Shown here: in pieces, positions 55,710-64,000 of the stretch
Numbering within the stretch: the first letter of the stretch is position 1
Layout: each line of letters starts with the position of its first letter
Assembly (NCBI GenBank): GCA_947629265.1
Contig: CANRCZ010000003.1
Span: 8,359 to 72,358, forward strand
Source: an uncultured Bacilli bacterium
GTDB lineage: Bacteria; Bacillota_I; Bacilli_A; RF39; UBA660
DNA: 64,000 nt
Direction: 5' to 3'
The notes under the pieces: generated by a model
Databases searched by the model: none
The model's input: only the letters and a program-made list of their open reading frames with translations
Told to the model about the DNA's origin: nothing
Made by a program: the position numbers and the translations under genes

Positions 55710-56514
55710 ATGAAAGAGAAAATAAAGCTTGGGGGGGGGTTATCTACTAATAATTTTGGTACTATTAGTAGTAACTAATGGTATTACGTATGGAGCTAGT
55801 CAGTTAACTAGCGATGGTGTGAGCTACCAGAAAAATGGTGAAACTATAACAGTGACGAAAGCGCTAGACGATTTAATCAATACGTCACTAACTAAAATTG
55901 ATGAATTAGAGGCAAAAGCTAAAATTTATAGATATGCTGAATTGGTAGACGTTGTTGAAATTGGAGATTATGTAAATTATGATGCTGGTAAATGGTCTAC
56001 GTCGAAAACAAAGCCAGAAAGTCAGGGGCAGTTCGGTGGATATAATGCTAATACTAGCAAAAATGCCAGTGTTGCATGTTACGAAGAAACAGCTCCAAAA
56101 TATCAAGGATGGAGAGTTTTGTCAAAAGATACAAATTCTAGAACTGTAACTATCATTCATGCTGGTCAACCCGAATGTTATTATCATGCTAGTGGATATA
56201 GCGATGCAAGTGTAGAACTTTTAAATAAAGAAGCAGAACAATATATGAATACATATGCAAAGTCAGCACGTTCAATTATTGGAGATGACATAAATTCTTT
56301 GGGTGGTAATGATTTAAGAAATATCGGATCAGAATATTGGTTGGCGTCTAAGAATGGTCAATACCATTTATATATGGTTCGTGCATCAGGTGGAGAAGCA
56401 TGGTCTCATACTGCTGCAATGGGTTTCCGTCCAGTAATTGTCTTAAAATCTGAAACATTAACCAATGGTAAAATAAAAGATCAATTTAATAATGATGCTT
56501 GGAAACTAATTTAA
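55710..56514 (+). CDS. Secreted/surface protein, paralogue 3. Putatively phase-variable and currently out of frame: ATG...poly-G(9) in frame 1, the rest of the ORF in frame 2.
   Basis: ATG at 55710 with RBS taggag. MKEKIKLGGG then runs into a stop. The 261-aa ORF 55729-56514 is in the +1 frame; G8 instead of G9 would fuse the two. Confidence 0.7.
55731..55739 (+). repeat. Homopolymeric G(9) tract in the 5' coding region; candidate slipped-strand phase-variation switch
   Basis: Counted directly: gctt-GGGGGGGGG-ttatc. Confidence 0.9.
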
Positions 56515-56610
56515 CTATATATATAAAAGATTAATCACTAACAAAATTAATCTTTTTTTATTATTTCCCAAAAATTGATTGCATTATTTTCAAAAATATA
56601 GTATCATTGT

Positions 56611-58176
56611 ATGTATAAGAATAAGAAAGGGTGTACTGGTATGAATATAGAAAGAGAAGTACAAATTTTAAATATAAATGATATTTTGCCTAATAGATTT
56701 CAACCAAGAATTACCTTTGATGAAAAAGCTATCATGGAATTAGCGGAATCAATCAAAACTCATGGTGTAATTCAACCAATTGTCGTAAGAAAAGTAGCAG
56801 ATAAATATGAAATTATCGCTGGTGAAAGAAGATATAAAGCTAGTATCATCGCAGGTAAAACAACCATTCCAGCTATTGTAACTGATTTAGATGATAAAGA
56901 TAGTGCCGAGGTAGCGTTAATTGAAAACGTTCAAAGACAAGATTTAACACCTATCGAAGAAGCTATATCTTATAAAAAAATCTTAGATATGGGATATCTA
57001 AATCAATCAGAACTAGCAACAAAATTAGGCAAAACACAATCAACAATCGCTAATAAACTACGTCTTTTAAATTTAACAGACGAGGTTCAAGAAGCATTAT
57101 TAAAAGAAAAAATATCTGAAAGACACGCCCGTTCTTTATTAAAATTGGATAAATCTAAACAAAATGAAATGCTTAATCGTATTATAACTGAACGAATGAC
57201 AGTTAGAAAAACCGATGAAGAAATTGCAAAAATAACTAACAACGTCGAAATGTTAGATTTCGGCAAAAAGGAGGATGTGTCTATGAATAATCAAATAAAT
57301 AGTTCTAATATTCCAACTTCACCAATAATTGAACCAAATCCTATGAATAACGTGCCAAACGTACCAAATGTTTCTCAAGACTTAAATGTTGATAATATGG
57401 TACCAGAACCAAATATCGAACCATTCAATATCGATACTTTATCTACTAATGATAATCTTCAAACAGTACCAACATCAAATAGCTATTTAGATGAAATACC
57501 AACAACAGAAACTATCAATCCAGGATTTATGGATATTAATAAAATCGAAGCTGAAGCTACTAATATCAATCCTACTATGGGTAATAGCGGTTCATTCATT
57601 AATAATGAACCAAACCAAAACCTAGATAGCATAATTAATCAACCAACATATACAACACCAATTGATCAACCAAATGATAATGGTCAACCAGCAGGTGGAA
57701 GATTTTTCTCTAATCAAATAGAAGAACCTAATCAACCTCAAGATAATAATTTAGATAATATGTTTGATAGTAACAACATATTTACTCAAGATATGAATTT
57801 TAATCAACCACAATTTGATCAACCATATCAAAATCAAACCAATAACGCTAACAACAATGCTGGCTTTAACCCAGCTTTAGCAAGTTTTAACTTAGGTAGT
57901 CAACCACAATTTGATGCTCCACAACCAGAACCAGCACCACAAAATATAAATACAAGTGTTGTTGAACTTGGTGGAACAGGATTTATGAACGAAGAACCAA
58001 TCTTACAACCATTAATGAACAATAACGAACCAGTTGTTAGACATGATATGAAAGAAGCTATATCAATAATTAGAAGCTGTTCAAAACAAATTGAAAACTT
58101 AGGATTTAAGTTAGACGTTGAAGAGATAGATTTTGAAAATTTCTATCAAGCAACATTCAAAATCGAAAAACCATAA
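56611..58176 (+). CDS. ParB/Noc-family paralogue: ParB N-domain, HTH, then a ~300-aa N/Q/P-rich low-complexity region and a short C-terminal domain. The likely start is the ATG at 56641 after RBS agaaaggg.
   Basis: 521-aa ORF. GERRYKAS arginine patch, HTH (QSELATKLGKTQSTIANKL), then ...NNQINSSNIPTSPIIEPNPMNNVPNVPNVSQ...QPQFDQPYQNQTNNANNNAGFNPA... Confidence 0.75.
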   Translation: MYKNKKGCTGMNIEREVQILNINDILPNRFQPRITFDEKAIMELAESIKTHGVIQPIVVRKVADKYEIIAGERRYKASIIAGKTTIPAIVTDLDDKDSAEVALIENVQRQDLTPIEEAISYKKILDMGYLNQSELATKLGKTQSTIANKLRLLNLTDEVQEALLKEKISERHARSLLKLDKSKQNEMLNRIITERMTVRKTDEEIAKITNNVEMLDFGKKEDVSMNNQINSSNIPTSPIIEPNPMNNVPNVPNVSQDLNVDNMVPEPNIEPFNIDTLSTNDNLQTVPTSNSYLDEIPTTETINPGFMDINKIEAEATNINPTMGNSGSFINNEPNQNLDSIINQPTYTTPIDQPNDNGQPAGGRFFSNQIEEPNQPQDNNLDNMFDSNNIFTQDMNFNQPQFDQPYQNQTNNANNNAGFNPALASFNLGSQPQFDAPQPEPAPQNINTSVVELGGTGFMNEEPILQPLMNNNEPVVRHDMKEAISIIRSCSKQIENLGFKLDVEEIDFENFYQATFKIEKP

Positions 58177-58256
58177 AATTACATTTATTATGTAATTTTT
58201 TTAATCTTTAAATTATCACAATTATATGATATTATATATCAAGAAAGAGGAATAAT

Positions 58257-58688
58257 ATGGACTTATATAATATGCTTACTAATATATCAAATATCGATAT
58301 TGAAACCGAAATAAAAAATGCAATCACTAAAATAAAAAAAGAATACAACAATCTAACAACCGATAGAACATGTTTTATATATAGTAGTTTAATATATGAA
58401 GAACTATCAAAAAAACATATTTTAACAAAAATAATAAGTACTAAAGATTTTAATATGGAATATGAGCATCGTTTTATCTTAATCCCCTATCAACAAGATA
58501 ACTACTTTTTAATCGATTTAACATATCAACAATTCTTTAATAAAGTACCTACTTATTTTCAAAGTTTAATCGAAAATGGTTATCAACTAGTAACTAAAGA
58601 TGATATTAAATTTTATATCGATTTAATTATAAACGCTACGTCAAAAAAGATTACTAATAATGAACAAAATAAATATAGTTCCAAATAA
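58257..58688 (+). CDS. Hypothetical protein
   Basis: 143-aa ORF with no recognisable motifs. Confidence 0.45.
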   Translation: MDLYNMLTNISNIDIETEIKNAITKIKKEYNNLTTDRTCFIYSSLIYEELSKKHILTKIISTKDFNMEYEHRFILIPYQQDNYFLIDLTYQQFFNKVPTYFQSLIENGYQLVTKDDIKFYIDLIINATSKKITNNEQNKYSSK

Positions 58689-58701
58689 AAAATAGGTTAT
58701 C

Positions 58702-59205
58702 CTATTTTTTTATAAATAATTTTTTAATTTTATCTAATAATCCACTTAAATATAAAATATTTAAGATTAAACAAATTAATGTTAAAGATAGTGCAAAATC
58801 TTTCATATTTTGACAAGGTCTACTAGGAATATAACCAAAACCATTTGTTATTTCAAGTAAAAGATAAAATACAAAGATGATTAAAGTTCCTAATGACATA
58901 TCAAGTATTTTCATTTTTAAAACCTTTTTTTCAATATCACTATATTGTGCAACCTTTGTTAATATATCCTTTGTTTCACTATTCATTTTATCACTCTTCC
59001 TCTCTCCATTAATGATTTCTCTAATATCGACGTCATAAAAATCCGCTAATTCAACTATAATACTTAAATCAGGCATATTATTCCCTGTTTCCCAACGAGA
59101 TACGGTTCTGTTTGATACATTAAATTTTTCAGCTAATTGTTCTTGAGTTAAATTTTTTTCTATTCGTAATCTTTTTAAGAAAATTCCAATTTTTCCTTGA
59201 TCCAT
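58702..59205 (-). CDS. Membrane-anchored XRE-family HTH regulator (N-terminal HTH plus two C-terminal TM helices)
   Basis: 167-aa ORF with an HTH (LTQEQLAEKFNVSNRTVSRWETG) and hydrophobic C-terminal segments. Confidence 0.6.
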   Translation of the reverse strand: MDQGKIGIFLKRLRIEKNLTQEQLAEKFNVSNRTVSRWETGNNMPDLSIIVELADFYDVDIREIINGERKSDKMNSETKDILTKVAQYSDIEKKVLKMKILDMSLGTLIIFVFYLLLEITNGFGYIPSRPCQNMKDFALSLTLICLILNILYLSGLLDKIKKLFIKK

Positions 59206-59351
59206 ATTTTGTAACTCCTCCTTTCAAATTAATCATAATATAATTGATTAATAAATTACACGACATAAAATGAGAATGACATTTTTAATAGATTTTATCT
59301 TAAAAATTTATTTAATTATAACATTATTCATAAAAAAACATCAATTGATGT

Positions 59352-60305
59352 TTATATAACAAAGACTAGTGTATAGTAAACAGCGAATAAAACTAACATT
59401 ATACCACCCTCTAATTTAGTAATTTTTCTATCTGTTGTTGCAAAGATAAAGATTAATAAAGAAGAGATAATCAACATAACTAAATCCATCATTTGAAAAC
59501 TTGTCGGTGTAATCGTTCCAAATATCGCTACTGGAATACCTAAGACTACACAAATATTAAATATGTTACTACCGATAATATTACCAACTAATAGATCCTG
59601 CTCCCCTTTTTTAGAAGATACGATAGTCGTAACTAATTCTGGTAATGACGTACCAAACGCTATGATAGTAAGAGCGATAATTCTATCACTTAATCCTAAT
59701 ATCCTAGCGATACTTGATGCATTATCAACTACTAGATCACTACCGATAATTATACCGATAATACCTACTATTACTAAAATAAGCGATTTACCTAATCTAA
59801 ATTGTGGTTTTTCATTATCTTTTTTTTCTTTTTTTTGTAATGCTAATGTAATTAAATAATAGACGAATACAGTAAAAAATAACAATATAACTAAAGCATC
59901 AGAACGAGTTATTTGATTTACAGTATAATTCGCTAATTTAACATCCAAAAATATTACTACTAATAAGGTCGATATTAATAATGCAAGTGGTAATTCTTTA
60001 CGTACAGTATTATCCTTAATTTTAATTGGACATATAATAGCCGCAATACCTAAAATTAATAAAATATTTAATATATTACTACCGATGACGTTTCCTAAAA
60101 CCATATCCGTACTACCAGACGCTAAAGCACTCATCGATACAGCAAATTCAGGAGCACTAGTACCAAAAGCTACGATCGTTAAACCTATCAACATTTTAGG
60201 AACTTTAAAATTTTGAGCAGTTGAAGATGCTCCGTCGACAAAAATATCAGCACCTTTAATTAAAAATATAAATCCAAGTATCAATAATAAAATATTGAAA
60301 AACAT
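59352..60305 (-). CDS. Ca2+/Na+ antiporter (CaCA family, YrbG-like)
   Basis: 317-aa ORF with two alpha-repeats (GNVIGSNILN, GNIIGSNIFN). Confidence 0.8.
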   Translation of the reverse strand: MFFNILLLILGFIFLIKGADIFVDGASSTAQNFKVPKMLIGLTIVAFGTSAPEFAVSMSALASGSTDMVLGNVIGSNILNILLILGIAAIICPIKIKDNTVRKELPLALLISTLLVVIFLDVKLANYTVNQITRSDALVILLFFTVFVYYLITLALQKKEKKDNEKPQFRLGKSLILVIVGIIGIIIGSDLVVDNASSIARILGLSDRIIALTIIAFGTSLPELVTTIVSSKKGEQDLLVGNIIGSNIFNICVVLGIPVAIFGTITPTSFQMMDLVMLIISSLLIFIFATTDRKITKLEGGIMLVLFAVYYTLVFVI

Positions 60306-60568
60306 TTTATCACTCTCCTACTATGTAATTGTATCATAAAATTTATAGTTATTGAATTATAATTTAATTTATTATATATAAATATATATTGTTTATAATA
60401 TTTTTATATGAAAGTTTAGTTACCTTGTCTTATCATAAAATAAATGTTAAAATAAATTATTGGAAAGTATCTTATTATTTTGTGATAACATTTGTATTCT
60501 ATTAAAAAAGTTAGATTTTAAAAATAAAATTTAGATACGAATTTTATAGTTATAGTAAGGAGGCATTT

Positions 60569-62518
60569 ATGTTTAAACTAGTATCAAAATATAAACCAAG
60601 TGGTGATCAACCCCAAGCTATTAAAAAACTAGTAGATGGTGTTAATAATGGTGAAAAATATCAAGTATTACTAGGAGCTACTGGAACTGGTAAAACTTTT
60701 ACTATCGCTAATGTTATAAAAGAAATTAATAAACCAACTTTAGTTTTAGCTCATAATAAAACTTTAGCTGGCCAACTTTATGCTGAATTAAAAGAGCTAT
60801 TTCCAGATAATCATGTTGAATATTTTGTATCCTACTACGACTATTATCAGCCTGAAGCATATGTCGCTAAAACTGATACATATATCGAAAAAGATGCCGC
60901 TATCAACGATGAAATAGATGAATTAAGACATGCAGCAACCTCAGCCTTATTAAACAATCAAGACGTCATTGTCGTAGCTAGTGTATCATGTATCTACGGT
61001 ATTGGTGAAATAGAAGACTATCGCGACAAAATGCTAACTTTAAACGTCGGTGATGAAATATCAAGAGAAGAAACGATGGTAAAATTAGTTGATATGTTGT
61101 ATGAAAGAAACAATATCGAACTTAAAAGAGGAACTTTTAGAGCTCGTGGTGATGTCTTAGAAATAATGCCCATAAATCAACATGGTAAAGCTATTAGAGT
61201 TGATTTTTTCGGTGATGAAATCGATAAAATCGTCGAATATGATACCCTTACTGGTACAGTTACAAGTAATAAAAAAAGTATATCCCTTTTTCCAGCTAGT
61301 CACTTTGTAACTAGTGAAGAAAAATTACATAAAGCTGTCGATAATATTAAAATAGAATTAGAAGAGAGATTAAAATATTTTAAAGAAAACAATAAATTGT
61401 TAGAATATCAACGTTTGATGGAAAGAACTAATTACGATATTGAAATGTTGTTAGAAACAGGATCATGTAGAGGTGTTGAAAACTACTCAAGACATATGGC
61501 TTTAAAAGAAGCTGGCGCTACCCCTACTACCCTAATCGATTTTTTTCAAGGTGATTACTTATTAATCGTCGATGAATCACATGTTACCTTACCTCAAGTA
61601 AGAGGTATGTATAATGGTGATCAAGCTAGAAAAAAAGTATTAGTTGATTATGGTTTTAGATTACCAAGTGCTATGGATAACCGACCATTAAAATTTGATG
61701 AATTTGAAAAGAAAATTGATCAAGTTATCTGTGTATCCGCTACCCCAGGTGATTATGAACTAGAAAAATCTAACAATGTCGTTGAACAGATAATTAGACC
61801 AACTGGTTTATTAGATCCTCTAATCGAGGTTAAACCAACCAAAGGTCAAATTGATGATTTATTAGAACAGATTAATAATACTAAAGCAAAAGATGAAAGA
61901 GTTTTAATTACAACCTTAACTATTAGAATGGCTGAAGAACTAACTAGTTACCTTAAAAATTTAGATATTAAAGTAGCATATCTTCATAGTGAAATTAAAA
62001 CCTTAGAAAGACTTAAAATTATTAGAGATTTAAGATTAGGTAAATACGACGTTTTAGTTGGTATAAACTTATTAAGAGAGGGTTTGGATATACCAGAGGT
62101 ATCTTTAATTGCTATTATGGATGCTGATAAACAAGGTTTTTTAAGAAGCTCAAGGAGTTTAATTCAAACTATAGGTAGAGCCGCTAGAAATAGTAACGGA
62201 AAAGTTATCATGTATGCTGATAGTATCAGTGAATCGATGGAATACGCTATTAATGAAACTAAAAGACGACGTGAAATTCAAGAAAAATATAATAAAGAAC
62301 ATAATATTGTACCAAAGACTATTATTAAAGAAATAAGGGATGTAATCTCTAATAATAATGAATTAGAAGAAACTAATGAGCAACAATTAACTAAAGAAGA
62401 AAGAGCTAAAATGATTGTCGATGTTGAAAATGAAATGCATAAAGCAGCTAAGGAACTAGATTTTGAAAGAGCTATGGAATTAAGAGATATTTTATACGAA
62501 TTAAAACAAAATAAGTAA
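60569..62518 (+). CDS. uvrB: Excinuclease ABC subunit B
   Basis: 649-aa ORF with Walker A ([10 protein letters not shown]), helicase motifs and a C-terminal UVR domain. Confidence 0.95.
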   Translation: MFKLVSKYKPSGDQPQAIKKLVDGVNNGEKYQVLLGATGTGKTFTIANVIKEINKPTLVLAHNKTLAGQLYAELKELFPDNHVEYFVSYYDYYQPEAYVAKTDTYIEKDAAINDEIDELRHAATSALLNNQDVIVVASVSCIYGIGEIEDYRDKMLTLNVGDEISREETMVKLVDMLYERNNIELKRGTFRARGDVLEIMPINQHGKAIRVDFFGDEIDKIVEYDTLTGTVTSNKKSISLFPASHFVTSEEKLHKAVDNIKIELEERLKYFKENNKLLEYQRLMERTNYDIEMLLETGSCRGVENYSRHMALKEAGATPTTLIDFFQGDYLLIVDESHVTLPQVRGMYNGDQARKKVLVDYGFRLPSAMDNRPLKFDEFEKKIDQVICVSATPGDYELEKSNNVVEQIIRPTGLLDPLIEVKPTKGQIDDLLEQINNTKAKDERVLITTLTIRMAEELTSYLKNLDIKVAYLHSEIKTLERLKIIRDLRLGKYDVLVGINLLREGLDIPEVSLIAIMDADKQGFLRSSRSLIQTIGRAARNSNGKVIMYADSISESMEYAINETKRRREIQEKYNKEHNIVPKTIIKEIRDVISNNNELEETNEQQLTKEERAKMIVDVENEMHKAAKELDFERAMELRDILYELKQNK

Positions 62519-62540
62519 AATATGTTATAATAGTAAAGAG

Positions 62541-62942
62541 ATGATGAAAATGAAACGAATAGATAAAATTTTAGAAACAGGTATTTATATAGTAGGTTAT
62601 GCTTTAATTTTGGTAGCTATGTCGCAAATATTTGTTAAGACGATTCAAATAGATAATAGTTTATTTGGATTATGGGGATTATTGATATCGTTAGTTATCT
62701 TTATAATGAATAAAACTGTTAAACCGATTATCTTTAAATTAACCCTACCAATAACCGCTTTAACCTTAGGAATATTTTATCCGTTTATTAACTTGTTTAT
62801 ATTAAAACTAGTAGATTTTATCTTTTTAAATCATTTTAATATCAGAGGTATCGTTATGAGTTTTTTAATCGCTATATTAATATCATTTGTTAATATGGTT
62901 ATGGACAAGATAATCATTCAACCATTATTAAGGAGGAGATAA
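62541..62942 (+). CDS. Small integral membrane protein (possibly DUF360/YvlD-like)
   Basis: 133-aa ORF with 3-4 TM helices, upstream of lgt. Confidence 0.4.
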   Translation: MMKMKRIDKILETGIYIVGYALILVAMSQIFVKTIQIDNSLFGLWGLLISLVIFIMNKTVKPIIFKLTLPITALTLGIFYPFINLFILKLVDFIFLNHFNIRGIVMSFLIAILISFVNMVMDKIIIQPLLRRR

Positions 62943-62943
62943 A

Positions 62944-63720
62944 ATGAACCCTATCGCTATTAAAATAGGAATTGTTAGTATTTATTGGTATTCAATTATT
63001 TTAGTTGTAGCTTTTTTATTAGGAGGTTTACTAGCTTTAAAAGAAGCTAAAAAAAGAAATATTCAAACTGACGTTATGATCGATTATTTCTTTTATTTAG
63101 TACCTATTTCATTAATTGGAGCTAGGTTATATTATGTAATTTTTAACTTTAGTTATTATCAAGAAAATTTGATAGATATTTTTAAAGTATGGGAAGGTGG
63201 ATTAGCTATTCATGGTGGTGTTATAGCCGGTTTACTTGTAACTTATTTTTATACTAAGAAAAAAGATATACCTCTTTTAAAAATGACTGATATTATGGTA
63301 GTTAGTTTAATATTAGGACAAGCTATTGGTAGATGGGGAAATTTTTTAAATCAGGAAGCTTATGGACCAGCTATATCATTAAGTGGACTTGAAAGTTTAC
63401 ATATTCCTAAATTTATTATTGATGGAATGAATATCGGTGGTGTTTATTATCAACCAACTTTCTTGTATGAGTCAATATGGTGTTTAATTGGTTTTATCAT
63501 TATTTATTTAATTAGAAGATTTAAAAAGAATAATGTTGGTGAGGTCACATCATATTATTTGGTATGGTATGGCATTGGTCGATTATTGATTGAGGGTTTT
63601 AGACAAGATAGTTTAATGTTATTTGATTTTAAAGTAGCTCAAATTGTATCAGCTATTATGATATTAGTTGGTATTATTATATTTAATTATTCTCTTAATA
63701 AAAATGTCAAGTATGAATAG
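62944..63720 (+). CDS. lgt: Prolipoprotein diacylglyceryl transferase
   Basis: 258-aa ORF, Lgt-like (YWYSIILVVAF, GARLYYVIFN, GGLAIHGG, signature QEAYG). Confidence 0.85.
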   Translation: MNPIAIKIGIVSIYWYSIILVVAFLLGGLLALKEAKKRNIQTDVMIDYFFYLVPISLIGARLYYVIFNFSYYQENLIDIFKVWEGGLAIHGGVIAGLLVTYFYTKKKDIPLLKMTDIMVVSLILGQAIGRWGNFLNQEAYGPAISLSGLESLHIPKFIIDGMNIGGVYYQPTFLYESIWCLIGFIIIYLIRRFKKNNVGEVTSYYLVWYGIGRLLIEGFRQDSLMLFDFKVAQIVSAIMILVGIIIFNYSLNKNVKYE

Positions 63721-63791
63721 TTAATATGTTGAAAATATGATATAAATATTATATAATTAGGATGTAAAATAAAGAAAAGGAGACAAGAGAA

Positions 63792-64000
63792 ATGAAAGAA
63801 AAAATAAGGCTTGGGGGGGGGTTATTTACTAATAATTTTAATACTATTAGTGGTAACTAATGGTATAACGTATGGAGCTAGTCAGTTGACTAGCGATGGT
63901 GTGAGCTACCAGAAACAAGATGGAAATTTAACAACGGTGAAAAGTGCGTTGGATGAGTTGATAACCAAATCATCTAAAGTTAATGATTTGGAGAAAAAAG
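63792..64000 (+). CDS. Secreted/surface protein, paralogue 4, 5' part. Carries the same ATG...poly-G(9) arrangement and is out of frame, so putatively phase-OFF. Continues beyond the window.
   Basis: RBS aaaggag. ATG at 63792: MKEKIRLGGG then a stop. The +1 frame encodes GGGYLLIILILLVVTNGITYGASQLTSDGVSYQKQDGNLTTVKSALDELI..., which matches the family. Confidence 0.7.
63813..63821 (+). repeat. Homopolymeric G(9) tract; second candidate phase-variation switch
   Basis: Counted directly: ggctt-GGGGGGGGG-ttatt. Confidence 0.9.

Noticed and set aside
55729-55731. TTG at 55729 as the genuine start of paralogue 3, which would make the gene constitutively ON
   Set aside because: There is no RBS at a proper distance. 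In contrast, a good RBS and ATG sit 19 nt upstream in another frame, and the identical ATG+G9 layout is duplicated at 63792. The slippage-switch interpretation explains both.

Overview
This window is AT-rich (~28% GC) and uses the standard genetic code: gyrA, gyrB and mfd are intact with no in-frame TGA. It appears to be the replication-origin region of a Bacilli/Erysipelotrichia-like low-GC Firmicute. Minus strand: a large ribosomal-protein cluster (S10-spc operons, rpsJ to rplO; rpmD/L30 absent), then a LicD-family gene, rpsF-ssb-rpsR, ychF, a transporter, DUF951, MscS, parB-parA, an Rpn-family nuclease, ftsH, tilS, ung, agcS, rsmA, tatD, a SpoVT/AbrB-like gene, mfd, pth, rsmI, holB, recR, ybaB, dnaX, tadA, SRP RNA, gyrA, gyrB, recF, a ComK-like gene, dnaN and dnaA. 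Plus strand: rpmH-rnpA-yidC-jag-mnmE-mnmG-rsmG, a Noc/ParB paralogue, uvrB and lgt. The main accessory content is threefold. (1) A tandem array of ten perfect 16-bp parS centromere palindromes at 55-bp period sits between dnaX and tadA, with an eleventh copy overlapping the SRP-RNA promoter. (2) Four paralogues of an uncharacterised secreted/surface protein are present. Two of them have a poly-G(9) tract just after the start codon that puts them out of frame, consistent with phase variation. Two are paired with divergently transcribed XRE-family regulators, and one lies next to an Rpn-family nuclease. (3) A ComK-like gene lies between dnaN and recF, and a ParB/Noc paralogue carries a long N/Q/P-rich low-complexity tail. 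All functional calls come from reading the translated ORFs and motifs by eye; no database searches were run.
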